Assembly: GCA_002269645.1 (NCBI GenBank)
Contig: NIVC01000352.1
Span: 310,001 to 374,000 of the forward strand
Reading direction: 5' to 3'
Length of the DNA: 64,000 nt
Source: Macrostomum lignano
Lineage: Eukaryota
Shown one piece after another: positions 24,134-37,608 of the stretch. The stretch's first letter is position 1; each line of letters starts with the position of its first letter. Made by a program: the position numbers and the translations under genes. A model generated the notes under the pieces. The model had not been told where the DNA came from and made no database searches. It saw only the letters and a program-made list of their open reading frames with translations.

Positions 24134-27100
24134 TTATTTCTTTTCCAGCAGTTGCGCGAGACTGGCTTGAACAGAAACCAGAGCGTCTTCGATCTTCGAG
24201 ATTCTGCAATTTGTGAAAGTTATTCGTGAAAAGCCACTATGAAGGGAGGGCCACTATGAAGGGAAGGGTACTATGAAGGCAGGGCCACTATGAAGGGAGG
24301 GCTACTATGAAGGGAGGGCCACTATGAAGGCTATGAAGGAAGGGGCACTATGAAGGAAGGGGCACTATGAAGGAAGGGCCACTATGAAGTGAGGGCCACT
24401 ATGAAGGGAGGGCCACTATGAAGGCTATGAAGGAAGGGGCACTATGAAGGAAGGGGCACTATGAAGGAAGGGCCACTATGAAGTGAGGGCCACTATGAAG
24501 GGAGGGCCACTATGAAGGGAGGGGCACTATTAAGGAAGGGGCACTATGAAGGGAGGGTCGCTATGAAGGGAGGGGCACTATGAAGGGAGGGTCACTATGA
24601 AGGGAGGGGCACTATGAAGGGAGGGCCACTATGAAGGGAGGGCCACTATGAAGGGAGGTTCACTATGAAGGAAGGGGCACTATGAAGACTATGAAGGGAG
24701 GGGCCACTATGAAGGGAGGGCCACTATGAAGGGAGGTTCACTATGAAGGGAGGGCCACTATGAAGGGAGGTTCACTATGAAGGGAGGGCCACTATGAAGG
24801 GAGGGCCACTATGAAGGAAGAGCCACTATGAAGGGAGGTTCACTATGAAGGGAGGGCCACTATGAAGGGAGGTTCACTATGAAGGGAGGGCCACTATGAA
24901 GGGAGGGCCACTATGAAGGAAGAGCCACTATGAAGGGAGGGCCACTATGAAGGGAGGGCCACTATGAAGGGAGGTTCACTATGAAGGGAGGGCCACTATG
25001 AAGGAAGAGCCACTATGAAGGAAGGGCCGCTTAAAAACGAAGCTGACATATAAGTCAATTAGTATAGCACAGTAATCGAACTTCTGCCAGAGATATCAAA
25101 TTGCTATGCTATTCTTTCGCATTGGTACAACTCAATTCTGAGTAGAAAATCAAAGGATTAAAATTACCTGTCATTCTGCATCGTCAGCAACTGGTTCTGC
25201 TCTCCGCCAGGATTCGAACCCTTGGCCTGCTTATAGTTCAGGTACTCCTCTTCGAAATTGCCAACCAGTACACGGCGCAGCCTGCTGCTTTGCCGGTTGG
25301 GATAAATCTCGCGATAGGATTTGTAAAATTTGCGCTGGATGAACTTAGGCAGGTTGATCTCCAGCTCGTAGATTAGGTTAACCTGCATTCCGGGATGTTG
25401 ACAAATTCTGTAAATTCTGAATTCTAAATTCTAAATTATAAATTCTGAAACTTTAAGATCGCATTATTAACAGTGGAGTAGATTAACTCACTCTGATGGA
25501 TATCAGCCTCAGCTCAGCGCCTCGCATGATGCCATCGATGTCACCCACTGCTATACCGATCTGGGTGAAATTAGAGTGAGAAGAGGGCTCTCAATGACCC
25601 AACCGAACAAGCAAGCTATTCTAGTCAGTGCACGCAGTGAGAGTCTGGACAGTGCACGCGGTGAGAGTCTGGACAGTGCACGCGGTGAGAGTCTGACAGT
25701 GCACGCAGTGAGAGTCTGACAGTGCACGCAGTGAGAGTCTGGACAGTGCACGCGGTGAGAGTCTGGACATTGCACGCGGTGAGAGTCTGACAGTGCACGC
25801 AGTGAGAGTCTGACAGTGCACGCGGTGAGAGTCTGGACAGTGCACGCGGTGAGAGTCTGACAGTGCACGCAGTGAGAGTCTGGACAGTGCACGCGGTGAG
25901 AGTCTGGACAGTGCACGCGGTGAGAGTCTGACAGTGCACGCAGTGAGAGTCTGGACAGTGCACGCGGTGAGAGTCTGGACAGTGCACGCGGTGAGAGTCT
26001 GACAGTGCACGCGGTGAGAGTCTGACAGTGCATGCAGTGAGAGTCTGGACAGTGCACGCGGTGAGAGTCTGACAGTGCACGCAGTGAGAGTCTGACAGTG
26101 CACGCAGTGAGAGTCTGACAGTGCATGCAATGAGAGTCTGACAGTGCACGCGGTGAGAGTCGGGACAGTGCACGCGGTGAGAGTCTGGACAGTGCACGTG
26201 GTGAGAGTCTGACAGTGCACGCAGTCAGTAAATGTCAGGACAGGTAAAACGCACCAGCAGGTTCATTAGGGCAATCGGCATCACGATAACAAAGACGGCA
26301 AACAGGGACTGCGCAGCCGACTGGAACAGCCCGTAATTTGGGTTAATGAAGTACGTGACCAGCTCCAGCTCCCCGACGGTCATATCGAATGTTTTGAGAG
26401 CAGCCAGCAGCAGAGTACTGAAGGGATTCTGAATAAGTTGGTAACAATTGAATAGGATTACGTTTGGCAGCGAGCTAATAAAAATTTGAGATCTTGTTTC
26501 ATGATTGCCTCACTGATTCCTTCATGATGGAGTAGAATGTGAACGCGAATCCCAGTATGAGGAAGCTGAACACGTGCAGCACCTGAACCAGAGAGAGCAG
26601 CACTTTTTGAAACATCAGCGAGTAGAGGCCCGCGTGTGGAATGCTGCATAGTTGAAGCAAAAGAAAGCAGTAAGTTAAACAGCATAGGCTTGGCGTCATA
26701 TCACGCTGAACTCACTATTCAATTTGGAACAGTATGAGTGACCAGGCCATCAGCACGGAGACGAGGCCGCACACCCAGTTCCACAGGCAGGGCTCGGAGT
26801 CCGGCGGCCAGATGAAAGCAAAGGTGACAGCGTACAGGACAATGTAGAAATACACCTCCTTGTTCAGAAAATAGCTCCGCTTCTAAAATGGTTTGTGGGC
26901 CAAAATGGAAAGCGACCTACCAAGATTAGCAGAATTTAGTGGACTTCATACCTTGTGCAGCAATTTTGCGAATTCCACACAGATTCGAATGGCCAGAAAT
27001 GCCATGATGAAGCTTTTCTCAGCGACGACTCGTTTGTCGGTCAGCTTGGGCCGCTGAAGTGAAGTTTAAAGAAGTGATAATTTGACATTAAAATTGTTCA

Positions 27101-30100
27101 GGAAAACACTCGAACAGCTCACAAAGCCGGAGGTGTCGTTTCTGCAACCGGTGTTTTTGTCCATGAGCGACGGGGACAGAGGTCCATTGTCCATGATGAA
27201 CAGGCTCAGGCAGAAGACAAAGCAAAGGTAGCAGAACAGATCGAACCACATAAAAAATCGCACAGTGTTCCTGCACAAAAGCATGTTGGCATTGCTTTTT
27301 ATCGCTTAGTCCATGGCACAGATACTAAAATAACTAAATGGGCCACTCAGGCACATATACTTTCTACTTTCAGTTCAGTAGCAAGGATGAGTACATACGC
27401 TATTTTATTAAAAATGGCAGCTGAAACGACTTTGATAAGTTTAGAAGCCAAGCTTGCAGGCGTAAACAGCTTGCTAATTGGTTCAGCAATAATGTACATT
27501 AGCCAGTCCACTGAAATGTACATGACAGCTTTAGGCTGGAGTTCGAGGAAGGCAATAAAAATTGGGGCGGGGTGAGGAGGGTAGCGTGGAAAGGCGCGGT
27601 TGGAGGGTTTAAGCTGGGGGTAAGAGCCAATAAATGAGCCTTATCTTTAAAAATACATTAAAATGCTTCTGTTTACCTTTTTAATACTGAACTGAAAGTA
27701 GCTAGCACGCAAATGTGCTGAGTGGCTCATCTAGTTATTTTAGTATATGTGGTCCATTGCTCGTTTCATAAAATTCACGACAAACCTCTGGCGAAATTTC
27801 TTATATTTAAAATTCTTACATTTGCTACTACTGCTATACTACTGTTGCAAGTACTGTTGTGCTACTGCTGTTGCATGTACTACATACCACCTGTACTGTA
27901 GAAGAGCAGACGACAGCGGATGGCGCAGCAGATCCAGACGGTCAGCAGCAGCCATGGTGCGCAGTGCAAAGTATCTGTCCGGCTGGGAGGCCAGATCGTC
28001 CGGGCCGGGATCGAGCAGTGCGAAGTTGTAAATCACCTGGCCGGAGTGCAGGTGCGATGGGTAAAAAACTAATGATCAAGATTTAGAAATTGGTTTAAAA
28101 TATTTGCTCGCTTACCATAAAGTTTTGGTCAAGCGGATCTCGAACAGTGTTTCCGACGCAGAAGTCAAGAATTTTCTTAAAAAATTCATACGCAAATTTA
28201 GTTAAAATTCTGTTCAAGAATTAAAATTTACAATGAAAACTGGCTGTCGTCTCACTAACAGTGGCATAATCGGGAGCCGACTCAATCAGCCCGTCCATAT
28301 GAGTGCGACCATCGCTGTGTCTGTAGGCCATGGTTCTTGACCAGCTGAGTTGGAGAGCACAGTTAGGGAGTAGAGTGCACTTCATCATTTAAATAGTACA
28401 AACAAATGAGATCGCTATCTGCGTGTACTTCTCGAAACTACAAAAACTTGCATTTTTGGATTCAACAAAATAATTTTTCAAAATCTTCCTGCCGGAAAAA
28501 ACTCATTGAGAGCCTTAATCAAATATCGGTAAAAAATTCTACCCCGATAGTAAACGAATGGAACACGTCGAGAGCCTTCATCAAGCATCGTATAAACCAT
28601 TCTCCCCTAATACAGTCACAGAATAGAACACGTCGAGAGCCTTCATCAAATATTATAAGATCAACCCCAATTCGTTATAGAACCGTTCACCGACTTACCG
28701 CTCACAACTAAAAAACACGTCGAGGGCCTCCTTACTGTGCGCTCGAATGGCGAAATCGACAGGCGTCTCCAGATTGCTATTCTCCGTGATGAGTGCCGAG
28801 TACTCCAGCAGCAGCTTGACGCATTCGCCAGCGTTAGCCTCTTTAGACGCGTAGTGAAGAGCTGTGTTCTGAAAATGCACCAAGGGTAGCCTTCTGAGCG
28901 TTAAATGTAAAGAGGAACATTTAGAAGTTCAAAAAAATTTTACTCACCTTGCTGACATCGGTAGCGCTTACATCAATGTCGAGGTCAAGCAGAAACTTTG
29001 CAATGTCATAGTGCGACTTGGACACCGCTAGCATCAGAGCGTTGCGCCCGATCTCGTCCCTTAAAGAAAATGTTGAGCAACACATTGTAACACCGATGCA
29101 CATGCAGAAACTGTACGAAAAGTTGAAAACATTACTCCACTGTTACTGCATCCAATTGCCAGCCACTCACTTGGCGTTGAAGTCGGCACCGCTGTCGCAC
29201 AGGTAGCGGAATACTTCAAATCGGCCCTCCTCGGCTGCCAGAAGCAGTGTGGTGCTCTCGTCCAGGTCGCGCTGTCCGATGGATCTGTCAATAGCGCCAG
29301 AAGCCGCTATCAGCAGGCGCAGACAGCCGAGGTGGCCTCGCTTTGCAGCCACGTGAGCAGCTCGACGTTCGTCTTCGTCCACAAGGCTAACATCGGCGCC
29401 CCTCTTTACTAGCTGCTCAGTAAGCTGCAGGTGCAAAAAACCAGTTAAAGGATTGATGTGCACGTTTTATCTGCAAAGTCAAACAGACGGGTGCATGTAG
29501 GGCTACCATGCAGTTCAAGCCTCACATCAACGCAGCCGCTCTCAGCCGCATAGTGCAGCGGCGACTTCTCGTGCATGTCCTGCTTGTCGAAGACCGTCTC
29601 GATGCCCGGCTCGCGTAGCAGCCGCTCCACCATCGCGTCTCGGTCCTCGATTACCGCCCAGTGCAGCGGCGTCCGCATGCAGACGTCGCGACAGTCGAGC
29701 CGGGCAGCGGCGTCGAGCAAAACCTCCGCCACGGCGAGGTGGCCGCGGCGAGCCGCCCAGTGCAGCGGCGTCATGAACTGGTCGTCTGCGGCGTTCGCTT
29801 CGGCGGCCTGTGGATAAGTCGGACAGTTTTTCACTTGATGCCTGAGGGTGGCTTTCACTAAGAGTGAATGTCTGCAACTTACCTGCTCGATGAGCAGCTG
29901 CGCGATCTCGGGCTGGTTAGAAAGACCACATCTTGAGGGCAGATTTTGTGTACAGTTCAAGAGGAGAGCGCCATAACTTCTACACTCCAAGCAGTCTCAA
30001 AGCACTCACTCACGCAGTGGAGTCACTTATCACCGACTCCAAGCAGTCACAAAGCACTCACTCACGCAGTGGAGTCACTTATCACCGACTCCAAGCAGTC

Positions 30101-33100
30101 TCAAAGCACTCACTCATGCAGTGCAGTCCGCCTCCTCTTGTCCAGAGCCGCAGGGTCCGCTCCGTGCTGCAGCAGCAGGGCCACGAGATCCCGGTGTCCG
30201 AGTGAGGCAGCGATGTGCAGGCTGGAGTTGCCGTCGTTCTGCAAAGGGTATTCAGTGGTGTTGCTATGACAACAGAGTCCAACACTTGTTTCATGAATGA
30301 ACATTTAATAGGCTTACTCGTTTCAAGTTTATCTTAACACCAGACTCAATTAGAACCTTAACGATCTGGAAGGTGAGACAGTCGTGAACCTCAATCAAGT
30401 TGCAAATGTATATTTAACTGCATTGAGCACAAGTTCCCTACCTCAGCCCTGTGATTCTGAGTGGCATGATGCAGCGGAGTGGCGCCATCGTTGTCCTGAC
30501 AGTTTAGGGCCGTTCGAACTGCTTCTGCCGGCTGACTCGCTAAATGGGGGGTGGAAATGATGAAAGTAGAACTTTTCTAAATATCAGAGATAATTACATT
30601 AAAAGTGTCAACTTACCTGCAATGTGCTTCAGCAAAGCTTGAAGAATGACCACCCGGCCCTCTATGCAGGCAGCCATGATCGGCGTGACTCCGTTGTTGT
30701 CCGCAACTGTTGCGTCCGCGCCGCTGCTGAGCTGAAATTTTATTGACGGACACCTCACCAAACTGCTCAATACCTCACCAAACTGCTCTCAGTACCTCAA
30801 CAAACTGCTCAGTACCTCACCAAACTGCTCAGTGCCTCAACAAACTGCTCAGTGCCTCACCAAACTGCTCAGTACCTCAACAAACTGCTCAGTACCTCAA
30901 CAAACTGCTCAGTGCCTCAACAAACTGCTCAGTGCCTCAACAAACTGCTCAGTGCCTCAACAAACTGCTCAGTGCCTCACCAAACTGCTCAGTACCTCAA
31001 CAAACTGCTCAGTACCTCAACAAACTGCTCAGTGCCTCAACAAACTGCTCAGTGCCTCACCAAACTGCTCTCAGTACCTCAACAAGCTGCTCAGTACCTC
31101 AACAAACTGCTCAGTACCTCACCAAACTGCTCAGTGCCTCAACAAACTGCTCAGTGCCTCACCAAACTGCCCAGTACCTCAACAAACTGCTCAGTGCCTC
31201 ACCAAACTGCCCAGTACCTCAACAAACTGCTCTCAGTACCTCAACAAACTGCTCAGTACCTCACCAAACTGCCCAGTACCTCAACAAACTACTCAGTACC
31301 TCACTAGCTTACCTGCCCACTAGCTTGCTGCTGTCATGCAGCAAAGAAACATGCATCATTAACCTCCAATAACAACAGACAAGCTGCCGCCAGGCCTTAC
31401 CAGAAATTCACACAGTTCCAAATTTCCATTTCGCGCTGTCTGGTGGAGCACGGAATTTCCGTCGAATTCCTGTTTGCGGATGTTCGCCCCGTTGCTGACG
31501 AAAATCTGCGGTGGGTAACAGAGACCATCGATTCCTTGGGAATTGATCAAGACTATCACGGGAGCTTACGAGAAAACTGACCCAAATGTCACGGCGGCAG
31601 TCCGGCTCTTGCAGAGCTGATGAGCTCAAAAATTGAAGAAATTGATGCAACTAATGAGGTCCCCAGTAGGCAAACTTTAAATTTATTAACTGTTTTCTGA
31701 GACTCTTCGCTGGCAGATCGCATCATATTCAACTCCTGCAGAGTCCCCAGATCCCGGAGTCCCCAGATCTCAGAGTCCCCAGATCCCGGAGTCCCCAGAT
31801 CTCAGAGACCCCAGATCCCGGAGTCCCCAGATCTCAGAGTCCCCAGATCTCAGAGTCCCCAGATCTCAGAGTCCCCAGATCTCAGAGTCCCCAGATCTCA
31901 GAGTCCCCAGATCCCAGAGTCCCCAGATCCCGGAGTCCCCAGATCCCAGAGTCCCCAGATCCCAGAGTGAGTTCCCAGATCCCAGAGTCCCCAGATCCCA
32001 GAGTGAGTTCCCAGATCCCAGAGTCCCCAGATCCCAGAGTGAGTTCCCTGATCCCAGAGTCCCCAGATCCCAGAGTGAGTTCCCAGATCCCAAAGTCCCC
32101 AGATCCCAGAGTCCCCAGATCCCAGAGTCCCCAGATCCCAGAGTGAGTTCCCAGATCCCAGAGTCCCCAGATCCCAGAGTGAGTTCCCAGATCCCAGAGT
32201 CCCCAGATCCCAGAGTGAGTTCCCAGATCCCAGAGTCCCCAGATCCCAGAGTGAGTTCCCAGATCCCAGAGTGAGTTCCCAGATCCCAGAGTCCCCAGTT
32301 CCCAGAGTGAGTTCCCAGATCCCAGAGTCCCCAGATCCCAGAGTGAGTTCCCAGATCCCAGAGTCCCCAGTTCCCAGAGTGAGTTCCCAGATCCCAGAGT
32401 CCCCAGATCCCAGAGTGAGTTCCCTGATCCCAGAGTCCCCAGATCCCAGAGTGAGTTCCCAGATCCCAGAGTCCCAGATCCCAGAGTGAGTTCCCAGATC
32501 CCAGAGTGAGTTCCCAGATCCCAGAGTGAGTTCCCAGATCCCAGAGTCCCAGATCCCAGAGTGAGTTCCCAGATCCCAGAGTCCCCAGCCCCACACCTTG
32601 GCGATGCCGCAGTGTCCGCGCCTGCAGGCCACGTGCAGCGCCGTCATCCCCTTGTCGTCGGTGGCGTCCAGCCTGACGTGCTTCTGCGCAATCAGCAACT
32701 GCAGCGCCTCGACCGCGTTGCACGTGGCGGCCACGTGGACCGGCCGGACGCCCTCCATGCCGCGCTGATTGGGGGAGGCGCCGCTGGCCAGCAGGAGGCG
32801 CAGCACCTCGGTGCGCTGGTACTTGATTGCGTAATTCACTGCGCACATCAGGCGCTCGTCCCGGCTGTCGGACAGAGACGGCTTCGCCTTCAGGGCCGCT
32901 CGGACAAAGCCGAGGTCGCCCTCGCGAACCGCGTGGTGGAACTGGGAGTGTTTGAGGATCAGGATTCTCTGTAGGATCGACTCTAAATGGGAGTCGGGAT
33001 CGATTCTGAATAGGAGTCGGGATCGATTCTGGATGGGGGTCGGAATCGATTCAGGATGCGGGTTGGGATCGATTCAGGATGCGGGTCGGGATCGATTCTG

Positions 33101-33765
33101 GATGGGGGTCGGGATCAATTCTGGATGGGGGTCGGAATCGATTCTGGATGGGGGTCGGGATCGATTCAGGATGGGGGTCGGGATCGATTCTGAATGGGAG
33201 TCGGGATCGATTCTGGATGGGGGTCGGGATCGATTTAGGATGGGGGTCGGGATCGATTCTGAATGGGAGTCGGGATCGATTCTGGATGGGGGTCGGGATC
33301 GATTCTGGATGGGGGTCGGGATCAATTCTGGATGGGGGTCGGAATCGATTCTGGATGGGAGTCGGGATCGATTCTGGATGGGGGTCGGGATCGATTCTGG
33401 ATGGGGGTCGGGATCGATTCTGGATGGGGGTCGGGATCGATTCAGGATGGGGATCGGGATCGATTCTGGATGGGGGTCGGGATCGATTCTGGATGGGGGT
33501 CGGGATTGATTCAGGATGGGGGTCGGGATCGATTCAGGACGCGGCCAGTCAAAGTCCTCACATGCTGCAGCAGTTCCGAGGGTCGCATGCTGCCCACGAC
33601 TTTATCAGTCTGGTCTCCCAGCACCAAGCTGGTGTTGCTGCCGCCGCCGCCAGCTGACTCTTCATCAAAGCACCGCATCGCTAGTCGGTCGAGCGCAATC
33701 GCTGTGGATTCCGTCACGTTGCTGGATGGTGACACGGAGGATTTGCTGACCGCACTGCGGGACAT
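24134..33765 (-). CDS. TRPA1: TRPA1-like ankyrin-repeat TRP channel, 23 exons, ~1100 aa
   Basis: Exons: 33765-33562, 32968-32597, 31505-31401, 30731-30617, 30539-30442, 30365-30318, 30238-30114, 29931-29883, 29807-29526, 29424-29171, 29059-28948, 28868-28699, 28344-28260, 28175-28116, 28036-27888, 27270-27123, 27053-26952, 26882-26716, 26643-26514, 26428-26255, 25560-25492, 25382-25168, 24203-24134. All GT-AG and phase-consistent, 3303 nt total. Ankyrin TPLH repeats, LLRHPL..LLQYRW, six TM segments, pore KTFDMTVGELE, S6 MPIALMNLLIGIAVGDI, C-terminal coiled coil. The start codon is the least certain element. Confidence 0.92.
24230..25028. repeat. 17-bp minisatellite in TRPA intron 22
   Basis: About 45 units of ccactatgaagggaggg and variants. 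Confidence 0.96.
25625..26226. repeat. 23/24-bp minisatellite in TRPA intron 20
   Basis: cagtgcacgc(g/a)gtgagagtctg(g)a. Confidence 0.96.
27317..27751. mobile_element. 435-bp hAT-type MITE, copy 2 (TRPA intron 15)
   Basis: Highly similar to 23170-23604; TSD gtccatgg/gtccattg. Confidence 0.88.
29975..30112. repeat. ~50-bp short tandem duplication in TRPA intron 7
   Basis: ctccaagcagtctcaaagcactcactcacgcagtggagtcacttatcaccga x ~2.6. Confidence 0.85.
30750..31300. repeat. 20-bp minisatellite in TRPA intron 3
   Basis: cagt(a/g)cctca(a/c)caaactgct. Confidence 0.95.
31742..32588. repeat. 16/20-bp composite minisatellite in TRPA intron 2
   Basis: cagagtccccagatcc alternating with cagagtgagttcccagatcc. 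Confidence 0.95.
32975..33540. repeat. 23-bp minisatellite filling TRPA intron 1
   Basis: gggatcgattctggatgggggtc. Confidence 0.95.
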
Positions 33766-34267
33766 CTTTAGTTTTATTAGTTCTACCGCAATACAAACTG
33801 CAGAGCTCAACTGCTAACAATACATGGGCTGCCTCTGTTGGTCGGATGAGGCAACTTTAAATTTTAATGCTGCGAGATGCTCCGAGAGAGGTGGGTCTGA
33901 GAGAAGGGTTGTGGACGCTTGCCCAGTTGATGAGGGCCTGGCAGCAGAGTCCAATTAGGCGGGAATGGGATTATGCGGGAGAGGTTAGCGCAAAATTGAC
34001 AATTAAATTCTTGACCGGGAGTTGTGTTGTTGATCTGGGCAGCAAACTGATTAACAATTGACGTAGATAAACAGCAGTAATTTATTTCGATTACTCAGTT
34101 GCTAAATATAGAAAATGCAATTTGCATACCGCAGCGAAAAGTGTAATGCTGAGTGTAAAACTCCATATTAAATTTGTATTTGTTTCTGCATACTCGTGAA
34201 GTAAGTGTTGCTTTTAACTAATAAGCATTTGTCTCTTTGACATCACTTTTTGGCGAGCTATTTCCAT

Positions 34268-35090
34268 CCGTGTGAGGACATCCGTGTCTCTAGAGCCCTT
34301 GTGTGAGGACATCCGTGTCTCTAGAGCTCCTGTGTGAGGACATCCGTGTCTCTAGAGCTCCTGTGTGAGGACATCCGTGTCTCCTAGAGCTCTTGTATGA
34401 GGACATCCGTGTCTCTAGAGCTCTTGTGTGAGGACATCCGTGTCTCCTAGAGCTCTTATGTGAGGACATCCGTGTCTCTAGAGCTCTTGTGTGAGGACAT
34501 CCGTGTCTCCTAGAGCTCTTGTATGAGGACATCCGTGTCTCTAGAGCTCTTGTGTGAGGACATCCGTGTCTCTAGAGCTCTTGTTTGAGGACATCCGTGT
34601 CTCCTAGAGCTCTTGTGTGAGGACATCCGTGTCTCTAGAGCCCTTGTGTGAGGACATCCGTGTCTCCTAGAGCTCTTGTATGAGGACATCCGTGTCTCTA
34701 GAGCTCTTGTGTGAGGACATCCGTGTCTCCTAGAGCTCTTGTGTGAGGACATCCGTGTCTCCTAGAGCTCTTGTGTGAGGACATCCGTGTCTCTAGAGCC
34801 CTTGTGTGAGGACATCCGTGTCTCCTAGAGCTCTTGTATGAGGACATCCGTGTCTCTAGAGCTCTTGTGTGAGGACATCCGTGTCTCTAGAGCTCTTGTG
34901 AGAGGACATCCGTGTCTCCTAGAGCTCCTGTGTGAGGACATCCGTGTCTCTAGAGCTCCTGTGTGAGGACATCCGTGTCTCCTAGAGCTCTTGTGTGAGG
35001 ACATCCGTGTCTCCTAGAGCTCTTGTGTGAGGACATCCGTGTCTCCTAGAGCTATTGTGTGAGGACATCCGTGTCTCCTAAAGCTCTTGT
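34268..35090. repeat. 31/32-bp minisatellite
   Basis: gagctcttgtgtgaggacatccgtgtctc(c)ta. Confidence 0.96.
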
Positions 35091-35436
35091 CCATTGGGCT
35101 CTTGTCATTTTTCAAGCTGTTTTTAAATTTCTTGTCCTTAGTATTCTTGCGAATTGTCTTTACTTTTTGCTGTGCCACTGCGGGTCATGTGACTAAAATG
35201 CTTAACGTGGGTGCCCGGTCGCCCAGCAACGTCCACTAGTTGTAAACTGATGGATGAAAAAATTTCTCGGCAGAGTTCTCAAATATTGACAGGAACTAGT
35301 CAACCCCTGGAGCAAACAGAGAGGCCATTTAATCATCACTCCAAGCTGTCATTCAGACTTTTATTTTATTTCTCTTTTGCGCGACCTTAACTTGCTACCT
35401 GAGAGGCGTCCGCGTCAAAATTATGGACTGTCAGAT

Positions 35437-36878
35437 GACACTACTGTCTCAAGGTTACACTGCTGTCTCAGGGTGACACTGCTGTCTCAGGGTGACACTG
35501 CTGTCTCAGGGTGACACTGCTGTCTCTGGGTGACACTACTGTCTCAGGGTTACACTGCGGTCTCGGGGTGACACTACTGTCTCAGGGTTACACTACTGTC
35601 TCAGGGTTACACTGCGGTCTCAGGGTGACACTACTGTCTCAGGGTTACACTACTGTCTCAGGGTTACACTGCGGTCTCAGGGTGACACTACTGTCTCAGG
35701 GTTACACTGCTGTCTCAGGGTTACACTGCGGTCTCAGGGTGACACTGCTGTCTCAGGGTGACACTACTGTCTCAGGGTTACACTGCGGTCTCAGGGTTAC
35801 ACTACTGTCTCAGGGTTACACTGCTGTCTCAGGGTTACACTGCGGTCTCAGGGTGACACTGCTGTCTCAGGGTGACACTGCTGTCTCAGGGTTACACTAC
35901 TGTCTCAGGGTTACACTGCTGTCTCAGGGTTACACTGCGGTCTCAGGGTGACACTGCTGTCTCAGGGTGACACTGCTGTCTCAGGGTTACACTACTGTCT
36001 CAGGGTGACACTACTGTCTCAGGGTTACACTGCTGTCTCAGGGTGACACTGCTGTCTCAGGGTGACACTGCTGTCTCAGGGTTACACTACTGTCTCAGGG
36101 TGACACTGCTGTCTCAGGGTTACACTGCTGTCTCAGGGTGACACTTCTGTCTCAGGGTGACACTGCTGTCTCAGGTTACACTACTGTCTCAGGGTGACAC
36201 TACTGTCTCAGGGTTACACTGCTGTCTCAGGGTTACACTGCGGTCTCAGGGTGACACTGCGGTCTCAGGGTTACACTGCGGTCTCAGGGTGACACTGCGG
36301 TCTCAGGGTTACACTGCTGTCTCAGGGTGACACTGCTGTCTCAGGGTTACACTGCTGTCTCAGGGTTACACTGCGGTCTCAGGGTGACACTGCTGTCTCA
36401 GGGTTACACTGCGGTCTCAGGGTGACACTGCGGTCTCAGGGTGACACTACTGTCTCAGGGTTACACTGCGGTCTCAGGGTGACACTGCGGTCTCAGGGTG
36501 ACACTACTGTCTCAGGGTGACACTGCTGTCTCAGGGTTACACTGCTGTCTCAGGGTTACACTGCGGTCTCAGGGTTACACTGCTGTCTCATGGTTACACT
36601 GCGGTCTCAGGGTGACACTGCGGTCTCAGGGTGACACTACTGTCTCAGGGTTACACTGCTGTCTCAGGGTTACACTGCGGTCTCAGGGTGACACTGCTGT
36701 CTCAGGGTTACACTGCTGTCTCAGGGTGACACTGCTGTCTCAGGGTTACACTGCTGTCTCAGGGTTACACTGCGGTCTCAGGGTGACACTGCGGTCTCAG
36801 GGTGACACTGCGGTCTCAGGGTGACACTGCTGTCTCAGGGTTACACTGCTGTCTCAGGGTTACACTGCTGTCTCAGGG
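35437..36878. repeat. 19-bp minisatellite (~75 units)
   Basis: cagggt(g/t)acact(g/a)c(t/g)gtct. Confidence 0.96.
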
Positions 36879-37209
36879 TACGGTGACATTACTGTCTGAT
36901 ATGATTTTGCTCGAGTCGTATTTAATAATTGATCAGCAAAAATTTCATATTTTTTAAAATATAAACAACGATGCAAGCCATGACTATTTAGTAGCGCCCT
37001 CACTATACCGGCATAGATACTGAAACGTTTCCCCGTGTACACTGCATAAAGACGAATAAAATAAATGAAGGCTCATGGCTCTCGATCTCAATTATCGCAG
37101 TTTCGACCATAGACAAAGTCTTTTACGCTCTTTTCCTATCGTAAATTCAATTGTATCAGCAAGGTGCGGTGTTGGATTCAGTTATCAATACATGTTTATA
37201 TACTACGCC

Positions 37210-37608
37210 ATGTCCAACAGCGAGGGCTCAACCGTACAGGTAACTATAGCAACCTCTACAGACGCTCCGTCAAACGATAACAACGCTCCCGATAATAGCC
37301 CAAAAGAGACTGCTGACAACACTGCTGACAGTCAGCAGAAAGAAGACGAGTCTGAGTCGATAGCCAGCAGCAGCGGAGCTGTGGGGGCCGGCGCCAGCAG
37401 CAGCAGCAGCGCTGCGGCTGGTGGCGGCACCACCACCAGCAGCAGCAGTCGGAGCGAGTTGACAAGGCGCCAAAGAGCCAGCCTGATCAACCAGAGCAGC
37501 ACAACGGAGGACGCGCCAGACGAGGAAGAGCAGGAAGCGCTGATGTTCCTAAAGAAATATTACGCGCCCTCGTTCCAGTGGTTCCGCTACTACGAGATGC
37601 TGGAGTGA
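37210..37608 (+). CDS. Uncharacterised 132-aa low-complexity acidic/Ser-rich protein, or an exon of a larger gene
   Basis: GC-rich codon style like neighbouring genes, gccATG context; aromatic C-terminal motif LMFLKKYYAPSFQWFRYYEMLE not recognised. Confidence 0.5.
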   Translation: MSNSEGSTVQVTIATSTDAPSNDNNAPDNSPKETADNTADSQQKEDESESIASSSGAVGAGASSSSSAAAGGGTTTSSSSRSELTRRQRASLINQSSTTEDAPDEEEQEALMFLKKYYAPSFQWFRYYEMLE

